From Gallionellaceae bacterium (GTDB taxonomy: Bacteria > Pseudomonadota > Gammaproteobacteria > Burkholderiales > Gallionellaceae), in NCBI GenBank assembly GCA_030823955.1, contig JAVBYO010000006.1, positions 6,951 to 70,950 of the forward strand: a stretch of DNA of 64,000 bases. The letters are read 5' to 3'. The notes below the pieces were generated by a model that did not search any database, was not told where the DNA came from, and saw only the letters and a program-made list of their open reading frames with translations. The translations under genes were made by a program, and so were the position numbers. This document shows positions 31,071-40,785 of this stretch, in pieces (positions within the stretch are counted from its first letter, which is position 1; every line of letters begins with the position of its first letter).

Positions 31071-32070
31071 CACTGCTTCCTCCCGCGACACTGGCGTAGC
31101 GCGGCAGCTCGCCGCCGCGAATCAATATCTCATTCACTTCACGCTTCAACTCCTGAATGCGGGTCTCGCGGTTCAGAGTGACTTCATGCCAGCGCTGTAA
31201 TTCGTCGAGTTTTGTCTGCAAGGTCTCATCTGCCAGTTTGCGTGCGGTGATGTCCTGCGCGATGGCGATGTATGTACCGGGGATGTCGCCGGATTTCCAG
31301 GTGGGCGAAACTGTTATGTGCAGCCAGCGCGTCGAGCCATCCTTGTGAAGGCAGCGCTCCTCCATGGAGAACTCGGTGATATGGCCGTCATTCAAGTCCG
31401 ATATATTCCCCAGTACGACGGGAAGATCGTCGATCTGGATGAGTGAATCTGAACTCATGCGCAATAGCTCATCACGCTCATATCCCAGAATGTCGCACAG
31501 CTTTTGATTGACGTGCAGGAACGCGCCCGAAAAGGTATCCACTTCGGCCACACCTATCGCCGCCTGTTCGAACAGGATACGGTAGCGCTCATCGCTGCTG
31601 TGCTTGAGGAGCGACAACTCCGCCTCAATCGCATTGCGCCGCGCGATCTCGGTTTGCAACTGCGCATTGCGCTCTTCCAATAGATGTGTGCTTGGAATCT
31701 TTAATGCCTGTGGCATCAGTCGCCATAGCAGCAACGCTGCGATCAGCGATACGATGGCGGTGAAGGTTTTTATCAGCGCATCCAGCCAGTAGTCCGGATA
31801 CCAGATAGTCCAGATACCGACCAGGTGTGTGGCACCGCAGGCGAAGATGAACAGCGAGAACATCTGGAATATCCAGTTGAACTGAAGATCGCGGCGTTTG
31901 CTCACGAAATACAGGAGACCGAACGGAATGGAGAAATAGGCCAGCACGATGACAGCTTCCGAGATCACGAAAGTCCACAGCAATTCCGGCGTCCAAAGAT
32001 AACAGTGCCCGTGCGGCATGAATCCGTCGGTACTGAGCCATTCCAATGCGTATTGCGGTGAGTCTTCCAT
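31063..32070 (-). CDS. Stand-alone sensor: ethylene-binding-domain-like 3-TM module + coiled coil + PAS, with no transmitter domain
   Basis: GHCYLW...ISEAVIVLAYFSIPFGLLYFVSKRRDLQFNWIFQMFSLFIFACGATHLVGIWT aligns by eye with the Arabidopsis ETR1 N-terminus, including the CGATH copper-ligand motif. A PAS domain follows. ATG at 32070 has AAGGAG 6 nt upstream; the ORF-track start at 32088 is a TTG. Confidence 0.75.
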   Translation of the reverse strand: MEDSPQYALEWLSTDGFMPHGHCYLWTPELLWTFVISEAVIVLAYFSIPFGLLYFVSKRRDLQFNWIFQMFSLFIFACGATHLVGIWTIWYPDYWLDALIKTFTAIVSLIAALLLWRLMPQALKIPSTHLLEERNAQLQTEIARRNAIEAELSLLKHSSDERYRILFEQAAIGVAEVDTFSGAFLHVNQKLCDILGYERDELLRMSSDSLIQIDDLPVVLGNISDLNDGHITEFSMEERCLHKDGSTRWLHITVSPTWKSGDIPGTYIAIAQDITARKLADETLQTKLDELQRWHEVTLNRETRIQELKREVNEILIRGGELPRYASVAGGSSDA

Positions 32071-32182
32071 CTGGAGCTCCTTGGGCAAACATCAATGCGG
32101 CGACATGAACGGCAGGCGCCATATTAGCGCAATAAGTTCCTGTTGATTAGGTTTGGGTTCAGTCGCAGAATAGCCCCATCTC

Positions 32183-33637
32183 ATGCGTTGCATTCCGTCT
32201 TCGATGAACTCCTCCCCCGCCAGCGTCGCAGAACCGGTCGTCATCCTGTGTGTGGATGACGAGCCGAACATCCTGAGTTCCCTGCAAAGATTATTGCATC
32301 GCCAGGGCTACCAGATAGTGACTGCACCCAGCGGGGCGGAAGGCTTGCAGGTGCTGGAGCGGCAGCCCATCGATCTGGTGATCTCGGACATGCGCATGCC
32401 GCAGATGGACGGTGCGCAGTTCCTGGAACAGGTGCGCCAGCGCTGGCCGGATACGGTACGGGTGCTGCTCACCGGTTATGCCGATGTCGAATCCACCATG
32501 GCGGCGATCAACAAGGGCGAGATCTACCGCTATATCGCCAAGCCGTGGGACGACAACGATGTGATCCTGTTGGTGCAACTCGCGATGGAGCGCAAGCTGT
32601 TGCAGCAGGAAAAGAAACGCCTCGAAGCTCTGACCCAGCAACAGAATGAAGAGTTGAAGACACTCAACGCAAGCCTGGAAATAAAGGTGCAGGAACGCAC
32701 CCAGGCACTGAAGCTGGCGCTGCATGAGGTTGAGATATCCAATGAACACTTGCGCAAGAACTTCCACACCTCGGTCTCCATCTTCACCAATCTGATGGAG
32801 TTGCGTGCCGGCGGTGTCGGCGGCCATTCCCGGCGTGTCGCGGAATTGGCACGCAATCTGGCTTTGCAGATCGGCATGACCCGTGACGAAGTACAGAACG
32901 TGGTATTGGCCAGCCTGCTGCACGACATCGGCAAGATCGGCCTGTCCGACATCATATTGAACAAACCGGAGCCATTGCTGACGGATATCGAGCTGGCCCA
33001 GCTGATGCGGCATCCGGTGATCGCGGAGGCGGCGCTGATACCGCTGGATCAACTCAAGGCGGCGGCAGTGCTGATCCGCTCTCATCACGAGCGCTTTGAC
33101 GGCAAGGGTTATCCCGAAAAACTATCCGGGTCTTCTATCCCGTTGGGCGCGCGCATCCTGCTGCTGGCGAATGATTTTGACGCTTTGCAACACGGCCACA
33201 TGCTGGGCACCCCGCTATCACCGGCGAAGGCATATGAATTCGTCATCGACTCAAGCGGCAAGCGTTACGACCCGGCGGTCGTGAACGCGTTCAAAGAATT
33301 GTTCGGCGGCAAGCAGTTGCGTGACGACGTCGCCCCCCACGCCCATACCGAAGAGTTGAAATCTCGCCCGGCGATGCCCAGAAGTGTTGTCGCACACAAG
33401 ATCGCAACCCAAAGCGAGGTGCCGCCAAACGAGGTGGCGGTGGAGATGAATTCCGCTGACCTCAGGCCCGGCATGGTGCTGGCAAAGGGCGTCGTCAGCC
33501 GCGAGGGCTTATTGCTCATGTTTCGCGATGACGAATTGGACTCCACCCTGATCGCGCAGATGATCAAATTCGAACACCAGGAAAAATATCCCCTGGTGTT
33601 CTGGGTCAAACAGCGCGGAAATTGGTTACGCACATGA
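32183..33637 (+). CDS. Response regulator with HD-GYP c-di-GMP phosphodiesterase domain (RpfG-like)
   Basis: Receiver [26 protein letters not shown]; HD-GYP motifs LLHDIGK and [11 protein letters not shown]. Confidence 0.9.
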   Translation: MRCIPSSMNSSPASVAEPVVILCVDDEPNILSSLQRLLHRQGYQIVTAPSGAEGLQVLERQPIDLVISDMRMPQMDGAQFLEQVRQRWPDTVRVLLTGYADVESTMAAINKGEIYRYIAKPWDDNDVILLVQLAMERKLLQQEKKRLEALTQQQNEELKTLNASLEIKVQERTQALKLALHEVEISNEHLRKNFHTSVSIFTNLMELRAGGVGGHSRRVAELARNLALQIGMTRDEVQNVVLASLLHDIGKIGLSDIILNKPEPLLTDIELAQLMRHPVIAEAALIPLDQLKAAAVLIRSHHERFDGKGYPEKLSGSSIPLGARILLLANDFDALQHGHMLGTPLSPAKAYEFVIDSSGKRYDPAVVNAFKELFGGKQLRDDVAPHAHTEELKSRPAMPRSVVAHKIATQSEVPPNEVAVEMNSADLRPGMVLAKGVVSREGLLLMFRDDELDSTLIAQMIKFEHQEKYPLVFWVKQRGNWLRT

Positions 33638-35151
33638 ACACCCCGCTTAAAGTTAACGCTTTTGTCTGGAGCGACAAGCTGGCCACCGGCATCGACGAGG
33701 TGGATGATCAACATCAACGTCTGGTACAGCTCCTCAACGAGGTTGGCAGCATGTGTGCCGAGGGGGCGGACAGCAGCCGCATCAAACCCGTACTTGATGA
33801 ATTGGTGCGCTACGCGGTGTATCACTTCGATACCGAAGAACAGATGATGCGACAGTATGCGGTGAGTGAGGCACATCAAAGCAGCCACCTAAAAGCGCAC
33901 GACGATTTCCGCAAGCAGGTGTCGCTGGCGGTCGGCATCATCCAGACCGCACCGCAAAATTCGATGAATCTGCTGGGTCAATTGCTGGAGTATCTCTCGC
34001 GCTGGCTGCTGCAACACATCATGGTGGTGGATAAACGCATGGCCAAGGAAGTGCAGGCATTAAAAGCCGGTGCCAGCCCTGATGAGGCAACTGCGCAAGC
34101 TGTGGCGACGGTCTCCCGCACTGGTGACGTCATGCTGGAAGCCTTGAATTCGCTGTACAGCAAGATCGGCGAACAGACAGTGGAGGTGTTGCAGACCAAT
34201 CAGGCGCTGGAGATGGAGCGCGCCGCATTGCACAAACTGAACGAGGAACTGGAGCAGCGCGTCAGCCAGCGCACCGCCTCACTGGAGAGCGCCAACCAGC
34301 AACTGCTCCAGAACAATCTCGAACTCAAGCAACTGAACCTAAAACTCTCCACGACACAAAACCAGTTGCTGCAATCGGAAAAGATGGCATCCATCGGGCA
34401 ACTGGCAGCGGGCGTGGCGCACGAGATCAACAATCCCATCGGCTTCGTGAATTCTAATCTGGGCACGCTGGAAAAATACATCTCCGATCTGAGCCGGGTG
34501 CTGGCGAGCTACGAACGTGCCGAAGCGACCACCGGCACACAGCTTGCCGAGATCGAAGTGATCAAACGCGAGGTCGATCTGCCTTACCTGTTGAACGATA
34601 TCCCGAACCTGCTCAAGGAATCGCAGGACGGACTGGCCAGGGTCAAACGCATCATTCAGGATCTGCGCGATTTCTCCCATGTGGACGAAGCCAACTGGCA
34701 ACGCGCGAATCTTGAGCATTGCCTGGATAGCACTCTGAATGTGGCCTGGAACGAGATCAAATACAAGGCCGAGGTCAAAAAAGAATATGCCGGGCTGCCG
34801 GATATCGAGTGTATGCCCTCGCAGCTCAACCAGGTGTTCCTCAACCTGCTGGTCAACGCTGCCCAAGCCATCGAAGGCAAAGGTGTCATCACCCTGCGCA
34901 CCGGCGTAAAGGCGGGGGAGGTATGGGTGGAGGTCGCCGACACCGGCAAAGGCATCCCCGCCCAACATCTGGATCAGATATTCGATCCTTTTTTCACCAC
35001 CAAACCGGTCGGACAGGGAACGGGCTTGGGCTTGTCGGTCTCCTACGGCATCGTGCAAAAACACGGCGGCCATATCGAGGTGCGCAGCGAGCCTGGCAAA
35101 GGCACTTCCATGCGTGTGTATCTACCCATCGAACGTACGGCGGAGCAATGA
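33634..35151 (+). CDS. Bacteriohemerythrin-fused sensor histidine kinase
   Basis: N-terminal [22 protein letters not shown]...YHFDTEE...HDDF...[12 protein letters not shown] (hemerythrin His/Glu/Asp ligand pattern), a coiled coil, H-box [13 protein letters not shown], and HATPase motifs [26 protein letters not shown] overlap with the upstream gene. Confidence 0.85.
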   Translation: MNTPLKVNAFVWSDKLATGIDEVDDQHQRLVQLLNEVGSMCAEGADSSRIKPVLDELVRYAVYHFDTEEQMMRQYAVSEAHQSSHLKAHDDFRKQVSLAVGIIQTAPQNSMNLLGQLLEYLSRWLLQHIMVVDKRMAKEVQALKAGASPDEATAQAVATVSRTGDVMLEALNSLYSKIGEQTVEVLQTNQALEMERAALHKLNEELEQRVSQRTASLESANQQLLQNNLELKQLNLKLSTTQNQLLQSEKMASIGQLAAGVAHEINNPIGFVNSNLGTLEKYISDLSRVLASYERAEATTGTQLAEIEVIKREVDLPYLLNDIPNLLKESQDGLARVKRIIQDLRDFSHVDEANWQRANLEHCLDSTLNVAWNEIKYKAEVKKEYAGLPDIECMPSQLNQVFLNLLVNAAQAIEGKGVITLRTGVKAGEVWVEVADTGKGIPAQHLDQIFDPFFTTKPVGQGTGLGLSVSYGIVQKHGGHIEVRSEPGKGTSMRVYLPIERTAEQ

Positions 35152-35152
35152 C

Positions 35153-36919
35153 ATGAACGAACCGACCAACGATCTGTTGCGGCTGGAGAACCAGTTCAAC
35201 TTTCTGCTGCGCTTCGCCAACGACATCATCCTGTTGATGGATGCCGACGGCAATATCCTGGAAGCCAATGATGTGGCGGTAAACACCTACGGCTGGCCGC
35301 TGGAACAACTGCTCACCCTCAATATCCGTGAACTGCGCGATCCAGCCACTCTGGACGAGATGCAAAAACAACTCAAGCTGACCGCCGAGACCGGTGCCCT
35401 GTTCGAGACCCGGCACAAACGCCGCGACGGCACGATCTTTCCGGTCGAAGTGAGCAGCCGCCTGTTCGAGCACGAAGGCAACACCTACCGGCAAAGCATC
35501 GTGCGCGACATCACCGAACGCCACAAGATGCAGAGCAAACTGGCGCGCGATGCCATTCGTTTCGAGGGCTTGCTGAAGCTCAACGAAGTCGCCACGCAAC
35601 TGCCCGAGAAAGAGTTCATGCAGTTTGGTTTGGAGTGGGTCGAACGCCTTACCGGCAGCAAAATCGCCTTCATCCATTTCGTCAATGACGATCAGGAGAG
35701 CATCGAGCTGGTAGCCTGGTCGGCCGCGACCCGGGAAAAATATTGCACCGCCGCTTACGACGACCACTACCCCGTCTCCCAGGCAGGCATCTGGGCGGAC
35801 TGTCTGCGCCAGCGCCGGCCGGTCACCTTTAACGACTATGCCAACTATCCGGACAAACACGGCCTGCCGGAAGGCCACTCCGAACTCAAACGCCTGATCA
35901 GTGTGCCTGTTATCGAGGGGGAGAAAGTGCGAGTGATCTTGGGCGTGGGCAACAAAGACAGTGATTACGACGACGAGGATATCGAGATTGCCCGCCTGTT
36001 CGGCAACGACATGTGGCGCATCATCCATCGCCTGCGCCTGGAAAGCGAGCTGAAGCTCAACCTCGAACAGCAGCGCGCACTGAACAAACAACTGGAAGAA
36101 GCGCAGAGCCACTTGCTGCAATCGGAAAAGATGGCCTCGCTCGGCCAACTGGCGGCCGGTGTCGCCCACGAGTTGAACAACCCCATCGGCTTCGTGTATT
36201 CCAACATGGGCACACTGGAGAGTTACCTGAACGACATCTTCGCCATCAATGCAGCCTATGAGGAAGCCGAACTCACCGTCGGCGACAGCTGCCCCGCGCT
36301 GGATCATGTGGTGAAACTGAAACACGAGAAAGACTACGACTACATCAAACAGGACATCTTCCAACTGATGGCGCAGTCCAAAGACGGCCTGTCACGGATG
36401 CGCAAGATCGTGCAAGACCTCAAGGACTTCTCCCATGTGGGCAACGAAGGCTGGAAGTGGGCCGACCTGCACAAGGGACTCGATTCCACACTGAACATCG
36501 TGTGGAACGAGCTGAAATACAAATGCCAAGTGAACAAAGAATACGGCACCTTGCCGGAGATCTACTGCATCGCCTCGCAGATCAACCAGGTGTTCCTCAA
36601 CCTGCTGGTCAACGCTGCCCAGGCCATCGAGACCAAGGGCATTATCACCCTGCGTACCGGGATAAAAAACGAGGAAGTGTGGGTGGAGATTACCGATACC
36701 GGCAAGGGCATCCCGCCGGAACAGATCAACCGCATCTTCGATCCGTTCTTCACCACCAAACCGGTCGGGGTGGGAACCGGCCTCGGCCTGTCACTTTCCT
36801 ACGGCATCATGCAGAAGCATCAGGGGCGTATCGAAGTGACCAGCGAGGTCGGCAAAGGTACGACTATGCGACTGCATCTCCCCGTCAAGCCGAAGAGCAC
36901 TCCCTCCGGCAACAACTAG
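35153..36919 (+). CDS. PAS-GAF sensor histidine kinase, paralog of the hemerythrin kinase core
   Basis: PAS (ILLMDADGNILEAN..), GAF (IAFIHFVNDDQES..SVPVIEGEKV), H-box AAGVAHELNNPIG, and [25 protein letters not shown] lies 1 nt after the previous stop codon. Confidence 0.9.
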   Translation: MNEPTNDLLRLENQFNFLLRFANDIILLMDADGNILEANDVAVNTYGWPLEQLLTLNIRELRDPATLDEMQKQLKLTAETGALFETRHKRRDGTIFPVEVSSRLFEHEGNTYRQSIVRDITERHKMQSKLARDAIRFEGLLKLNEVATQLPEKEFMQFGLEWVERLTGSKIAFIHFVNDDQESIELVAWSAATREKYCTAAYDDHYPVSQAGIWADCLRQRRPVTFNDYANYPDKHGLPEGHSELKRLISVPVIEGEKVRVILGVGNKDSDYDDEDIEIARLFGNDMWRIIHRLRLESELKLNLEQQRALNKQLEEAQSHLLQSEKMASLGQLAAGVAHELNNPIGFVYSNMGTLESYLNDIFAINAAYEEAELTVGDSCPALDHVVKLKHEKDYDYIKQDIFQLMAQSKDGLSRMRKIVQDLKDFSHVGNEGWKWADLHKGLDSTLNIVWNELKYKCQVNKEYGTLPEIYCIASQINQVFLNLLVNAAQAIETKGIITLRTGIKNEEVWVEITDTGKGIPPEQINRIFDPFFTTKPVGVGTGLGLSLSYGIMQKHQGRIEVTSEVGKGTTMRLHLPVKPKSTPSGNN

Positions 36920-37869
36920 CCCAGTGCGGCCAGGCGTTTGTTCTCGGTCAACAGGGCGCGCGAGTCCAGTGCCTGAATAGCCGCCATCTTGAGCTGATAG
37001 AGGTTCCAGGCCTGCCGCCGCACATCCGCGCGCAACTCGTAGTTGTTCCAGTGCAGTTGCAACAGGCTCTGCACCTCGGCCTCATTGATAGCCTGCGACA
37101 GGGTTGATTTGCTCGGATCACCGCTGATGAGGATGCGCGCCACATCCGGCTGCGCCTGTTTCATGCGGCTGAGCAACTGGATACCGTCCATATCGGGCAG
37201 CGTCTGTGCCGCGATGATCAGGTCGCAATCGTGCCGCACCGCGTGTGCCAATGCCGCTTCCGCAGTGCGGAAGGTATCCACCGTACAGCAAAATTTCTGC
37301 GGCCCCGCGTTCTTGCTGATCTCGCGCTGCATCGCGCCGTACAGGCTGACACTCTCATCCGCCAGTCCGCGCGCCATCAGTGTGGCCAGATGTTCATCGC
37401 CCTCCACCAGCATGATGCGGTAGGTGATCGCCTCCGTCTCCCCCTGTGCAGCCGCATGATGGCTGCGGTAAACATCCGCCTGACGGCGATTCTCCAGAAT
37501 GACTTCGCGATAGGCCAGCGCCTGCTCGATATTGGACAGCAGATCGGCTTTTTCCCAGGGCTTGGCGACAAAGCGGTAGATATGCGTTTCGTTGATGGTG
37601 CGGATCAATGCGTCGATATCCGCCTCGCCGCTCAGCACCAGACGCGACGCATCGGGCTGCATCTGTCCGAACTGCTTGAGGAACTCCAGTCCGTTCATCT
37701 CCGGCATCTTGTAATCGGAGATCACCAGGTCGAAAGCGTTGTCGCGACAATGCTTCAGTGCCGCCACCGGGCTGTCGAACGTTTCGACTTCGTAGGCATC
37801 TTTCAATTCGCGCCGCAATGCATTCAGCACATTGGATTCATCATCAACCAGCAGTATCTTTTTCATCAT
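36916..37869 (-). CDS. Tandem receiver protein: canonical REC plus pseudo-receiver, no output domain
   Basis: REC1: ILLVDDESN...VISDYKMPEMNG...KPW. In REC2 the acceptor position reads DLIIAAQTLPDMDG (Ala where Asp is expected) and LVEGDEH replaces the acidic pair. ATG-ATG at 37869 follows GGAGAA. Confidence 0.85.
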   Translation of the reverse strand: MMKKILLVDDESNVLNALRRELKDAYEVETFDSPVAALKHCRDNAFDLVISDYKMPEMNGLEFLKQFGQMQPDASRLVLSGEADIDALIRTINETHIYRFVAKPWEKADLLSNIEQALAYREVILENRRQADVYRSHHAAAQGETEAITYRIMLVEGDEHLATLMARGLADESVSLYGAMQREISKNAGPQKFCCTVDTFRTAEAALAHAVRHDCDLIIAAQTLPDMDGIQLLSRMKQAQPDVARILISGDPSKSTLSQAINEAEVQSLLQLHWNNYELRADVRRQAWNLYQLKMAAIQALDSRALLTENKRLAALG

Positions 37870-38097
37870 GTTCTCCAACAAATCGGGCCGCATTACGAGG
37901 ATGATGCGCGATACTTGTTACAAGACCGCGAAATCGTGACTATCCGATTAACATCAGCCCCATCATATCCCCAACGCGGCGAGAAACAAAGAAGCTCTTC
38001 CGCGTTTGGTCAATCATACCGAAGTCGGCTACATTAGCGACTTGGCTCTGAACGGATAGACACGGCAACGGGTACACGCCCAGCCGGATGTGGGCAA

Positions 38098-40770
38098 ATG
38101 ACAAAGACACACAGCAAAACTCTCGCGCATGACGCGACCAGCGAGAAGCAGACCCCAATGATGCAGCAATATCTGCGCATCAAGGCGGAACACAGCGACA
38201 AACTGCTGTTCTATCGCATGGGCGACTTCTATGAACTGTTCATGGACGATGCAGTGCGCGTCGCCAAGCTGCTCGACATCACCCTCACTCAGCGTGGCGC
38301 CTCCAACGGCCAGCCCATCAAGATGGCGGGAGTGCCCTATCACGCGGCGGAACAATACCTCGCACGACTGGTGAAGATGGGTGAATCGGTCGCCATCTGC
38401 GAGCAGATCGGCGACCCCGCCACCAGCAAAGGCCCGGTCGAACGCAAAGTCATGCGCATCGTCACCCCCGGCACCGTCACCGATTCCGCCCTGCTGGAAG
38501 AGAAACACGACAATCTGCTGCTCGCCCTGCACCGGCGCAACAACGAAGTCGGCCTCGCCTGGCTCAACCTCGCCTCCGGCCAGTTCACCCTCGCCGAAGT
38601 CGCTGCCAAACAACTGCCCGCCGAACTGGAACGCTTGCAACCATCCGAGATACTGTTCGCTGAAAGCACGACTGCGCCGCAGTTCAAGAACGCCGCCAAC
38701 AAATCCCTGCCCGACTGGCACTTTGACCGTGACACCGCGCATCGTGCGCTGTGCCAGCAGTTCGGCACGCGCGACCTCGCCGGATTCGGCTGCGACGAGT
38801 TCACTCTCGGCCTCGAAGCTGCCGGGGCTTTGCTCGGCTACGCCAAGCTGACGCAGGGCCAGAGCATCGCCCACATCCGCAGCGCACAGGTGTACCACGC
38901 CGACGAATTCGTACGCATGGATGCCGCCACCCGCCGCAACCTGGAGATCACCCAGACCCTGCGCGGCGAACCCGCGCCGACATTACTCTCGCTACTCGAC
39001 ACCTGCGCCAGCAACATGGGTAGTCGTCTGTTAGCGCATTGGCTGCATCATCCGCTGCGGGATCGCGCTGCATTGGGCGCAAGACTGGAAGCCGTCGAAC
39101 AACTGCTGTCACCTCCCTCGCCCTCTGGGAGAGGGATTGAGGGTGAGGGAACACATGTTGAGGTACGCACAGAGCGTCCCCTCACCCCAGCCCTCTCCCA
39201 GAGGGCGAGGGAGCTTTACCCCCAAGTCCACGACCACCTAAAACCCAGCGTAGACGTGGAACGCATCACCGCCCGCATCGCGCTGCGCAGTGCAAGGCCG
39301 CGCGACCTTTCCGGCCTGCGCGACACACTTAAACAACTGCCCGCATTACATAAGCTGCTGGCCGATGTGAGCGCGCCGCGCATCAGGCGACTCACCGCAC
39401 AACTGCAAGCCGACGCCGCGCTAGTCGAACTGCTGCAAAAGACGCTGAAGGAAGAACCCTCCTCCGTGCTACGCGAAGGCGGCGTCATCGCCGACGGTTT
39501 CGATTTCGAACTGGATGAGTTGCGCGGCATCCAGACCAACTGCGGCGATTTTCTGCTGGAACTGGAGATCCGTGAACGCGCACGCACCGGCATCGACAAA
39601 CTCAAGGTCGAATACAACCGCGTACACGGCTTCTACATCGAGGTGAGTTTTGCCAATGCCGACAAGGTGCCCGCCGACTACCGCCGCCGCCAGACGCTGA
39701 AAAACGTCGAGCGTTACATCACACCGGAACTCAAAGCGTTCGAAGACAAAGCACTCTCCGCCAACGACCGCGCACTGGCGCGTGAGAAGTTGCTTTACGA
39801 CCAGTTACTGGATGCACTCGCACCGTTCATTCCGCAATTGCAAGACATCGCCGCCGCCATCGCCGAACTGGACGTACTTGCCACCTTCGCCGAACGCGCG
39901 ACCACGCTCAACTTCAGCGCGCCGCGTTTCAGCAACGATGCGCAGCTCGTCATCAAGCAAGGCCGTCATCCGGTTGTGCAAGCGCAAGTGGAACAGTTCA
40001 CCCCCAACGACGCCACGCTCAACGACGCGCGCCGCATGTTGCTCATCACCGGCCCCAACATGGGCGGTAAATCGACCTACATGCGCCAGGTTGCCATCAT
40101 CGCGCTGCTCGCGCATGTCGGCTGCTTCGTGCCTGCACAGGAAGCGGTGCTGGGCGAGATCGACCAGATCTTTACCCGCATCGGCGCATCGGATGACTTG
40201 GCCAGCGGACGCTCCACCTTCATGGTCGAGATGACCGAGGCCGCCAACATTCTGCACAACGCCACCGATAAGAGCCTAGTGCTGGTGGACGAGATCGGGC
40301 GCGGCACCAGCACCTTCGACGGGCTCGCCCTCGCCTACGCCATCGCGCGCCACCTGCTGGACATCAACCGCAGCTATACATTATTTGCCACGCACTATTT
40401 CGAACTCACGCGCTTGGCCGAAGAATTCAAACAACTCGCCAACGTCCACCTCGCCGCCGTCGAGCACCAGCACACCATCGTCTTCCTGCACAGCGTCAAC
40501 GAAGGCGCCGCCAGCCAGAGCTACGGCCTGCAAGTCGCCGCCCTCGCGGGTGTGCCGAACAGCGTCATCCGCAACGCGAAAAAACAATTAGTGAAGCTGG
40601 AACAGAACAGCGCCGCGCAAAATCCGCAGGGCGACCTGTTCGCTGCCGTGCCGGAAACGCCGCAGCCGGAAGAACATCCGCTACTGTCGGCGCTACGCGA
40701 TCTGCAGCCGGATGAGATGAGTCCGAAGGAAGCACTGGAGAGGATTTATCAATTAAAGAAGCTGGCGTAG
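38098..40770 (+). CDS. mutS: DNA mismatch repair protein MutS
   Basis: [18 protein letters not shown], Walker [19 protein letters not shown]. 890 aa, including an in-frame repeat-derived insertion. Confidence 0.95.
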   Translation: MTKTHSKTLAHDATSEKQTPMMQQYLRIKAEHSDKLLFYRMGDFYELFMDDAVRVAKLLDITLTQRGASNGQPIKMAGVPYHAAEQYLARLVKMGESVAICEQIGDPATSKGPVERKVMRIVTPGTVTDSALLEEKHDNLLLALHRRNNEVGLAWLNLASGQFTLAEVAAKQLPAELERLQPSEILFAESTTAPQFKNAANKSLPDWHFDRDTAHRALCQQFGTRDLAGFGCDEFTLGLEAAGALLGYAKLTQGQSIAHIRSAQVYHADEFVRMDAATRRNLEITQTLRGEPAPTLLSLLDTCASNMGSRLLAHWLHHPLRDRAALGARLEAVEQLLSPPSPSGRGIEGEGTHVEVRTERPLTPALSQRARELYPQVHDHLKPSVDVERITARIALRSARPRDLSGLRDTLKQLPALHKLLADVSAPRIRRLTAQLQADAALVELLQKTLKEEPSSVLREGGVIADGFDFELDELRGIQTNCGDFLLELEIRERARTGIDKLKVEYNRVHGFYIEVSFANADKVPADYRRRQTLKNVERYITPELKAFEDKALSANDRALAREKLLYDQLLDALAPFIPQLQDIAAAIAELDVLATFAERATTLNFSAPRFSNDAQLVIKQGRHPVVQAQVEQFTPNDATLNDARRMLLITGPNMGGKSTYMRQVAIIALLAHVGCFVPAQEAVLGEIDQIFTRIGASDDLASGRSTFMVEMTEAANILHNATDKSLVLVDEIGRGTSTFDGLALAYAIARHLLDINRSYTLFATHYFELTRLAEEFKQLANVHLAAVEHQHTIVFLHSVNEGAASQSYGLQVAALAGVPNSVIRNAKKQLVKLEQNSAAQNPQGDLFAAVPETPQPEEHPLLSALRDLQPDEMSPKEALERIYQLKKLA
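39115..39211. repeat. 97-bp palindromic REP/MITE-like element inserted in frame within mutS
   Basis: Arms ccctcgccctctgggagagggattgagggtgaggg (39115-39149) and ccctcaccccagccctctcccagagggcgaggg (39179-39211). The first 21 nt are perfectly complementary. It translates as [35 protein letters not shown]. Confidence 0.85.
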
Positions 40771-40785
40771 GAAGGATATCTGGCC

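Noticed and set aside
34994-36364. 456-aa minus-strand ORF
   Set aside because: It is antisense to the PAS-GAF kinase and hemerythrin kinase genes, which carry unambiguous H-box and ATPase motifs.
40750-40770. Inverted partial copy of the boundary repeat at the mutS stop codon (GAAGCTGGC versus GCCAGCTTC)
   Set aside because: Only about 9 nt match, which is within chance expectation. I note it as a possible left boundary but do not claim it.
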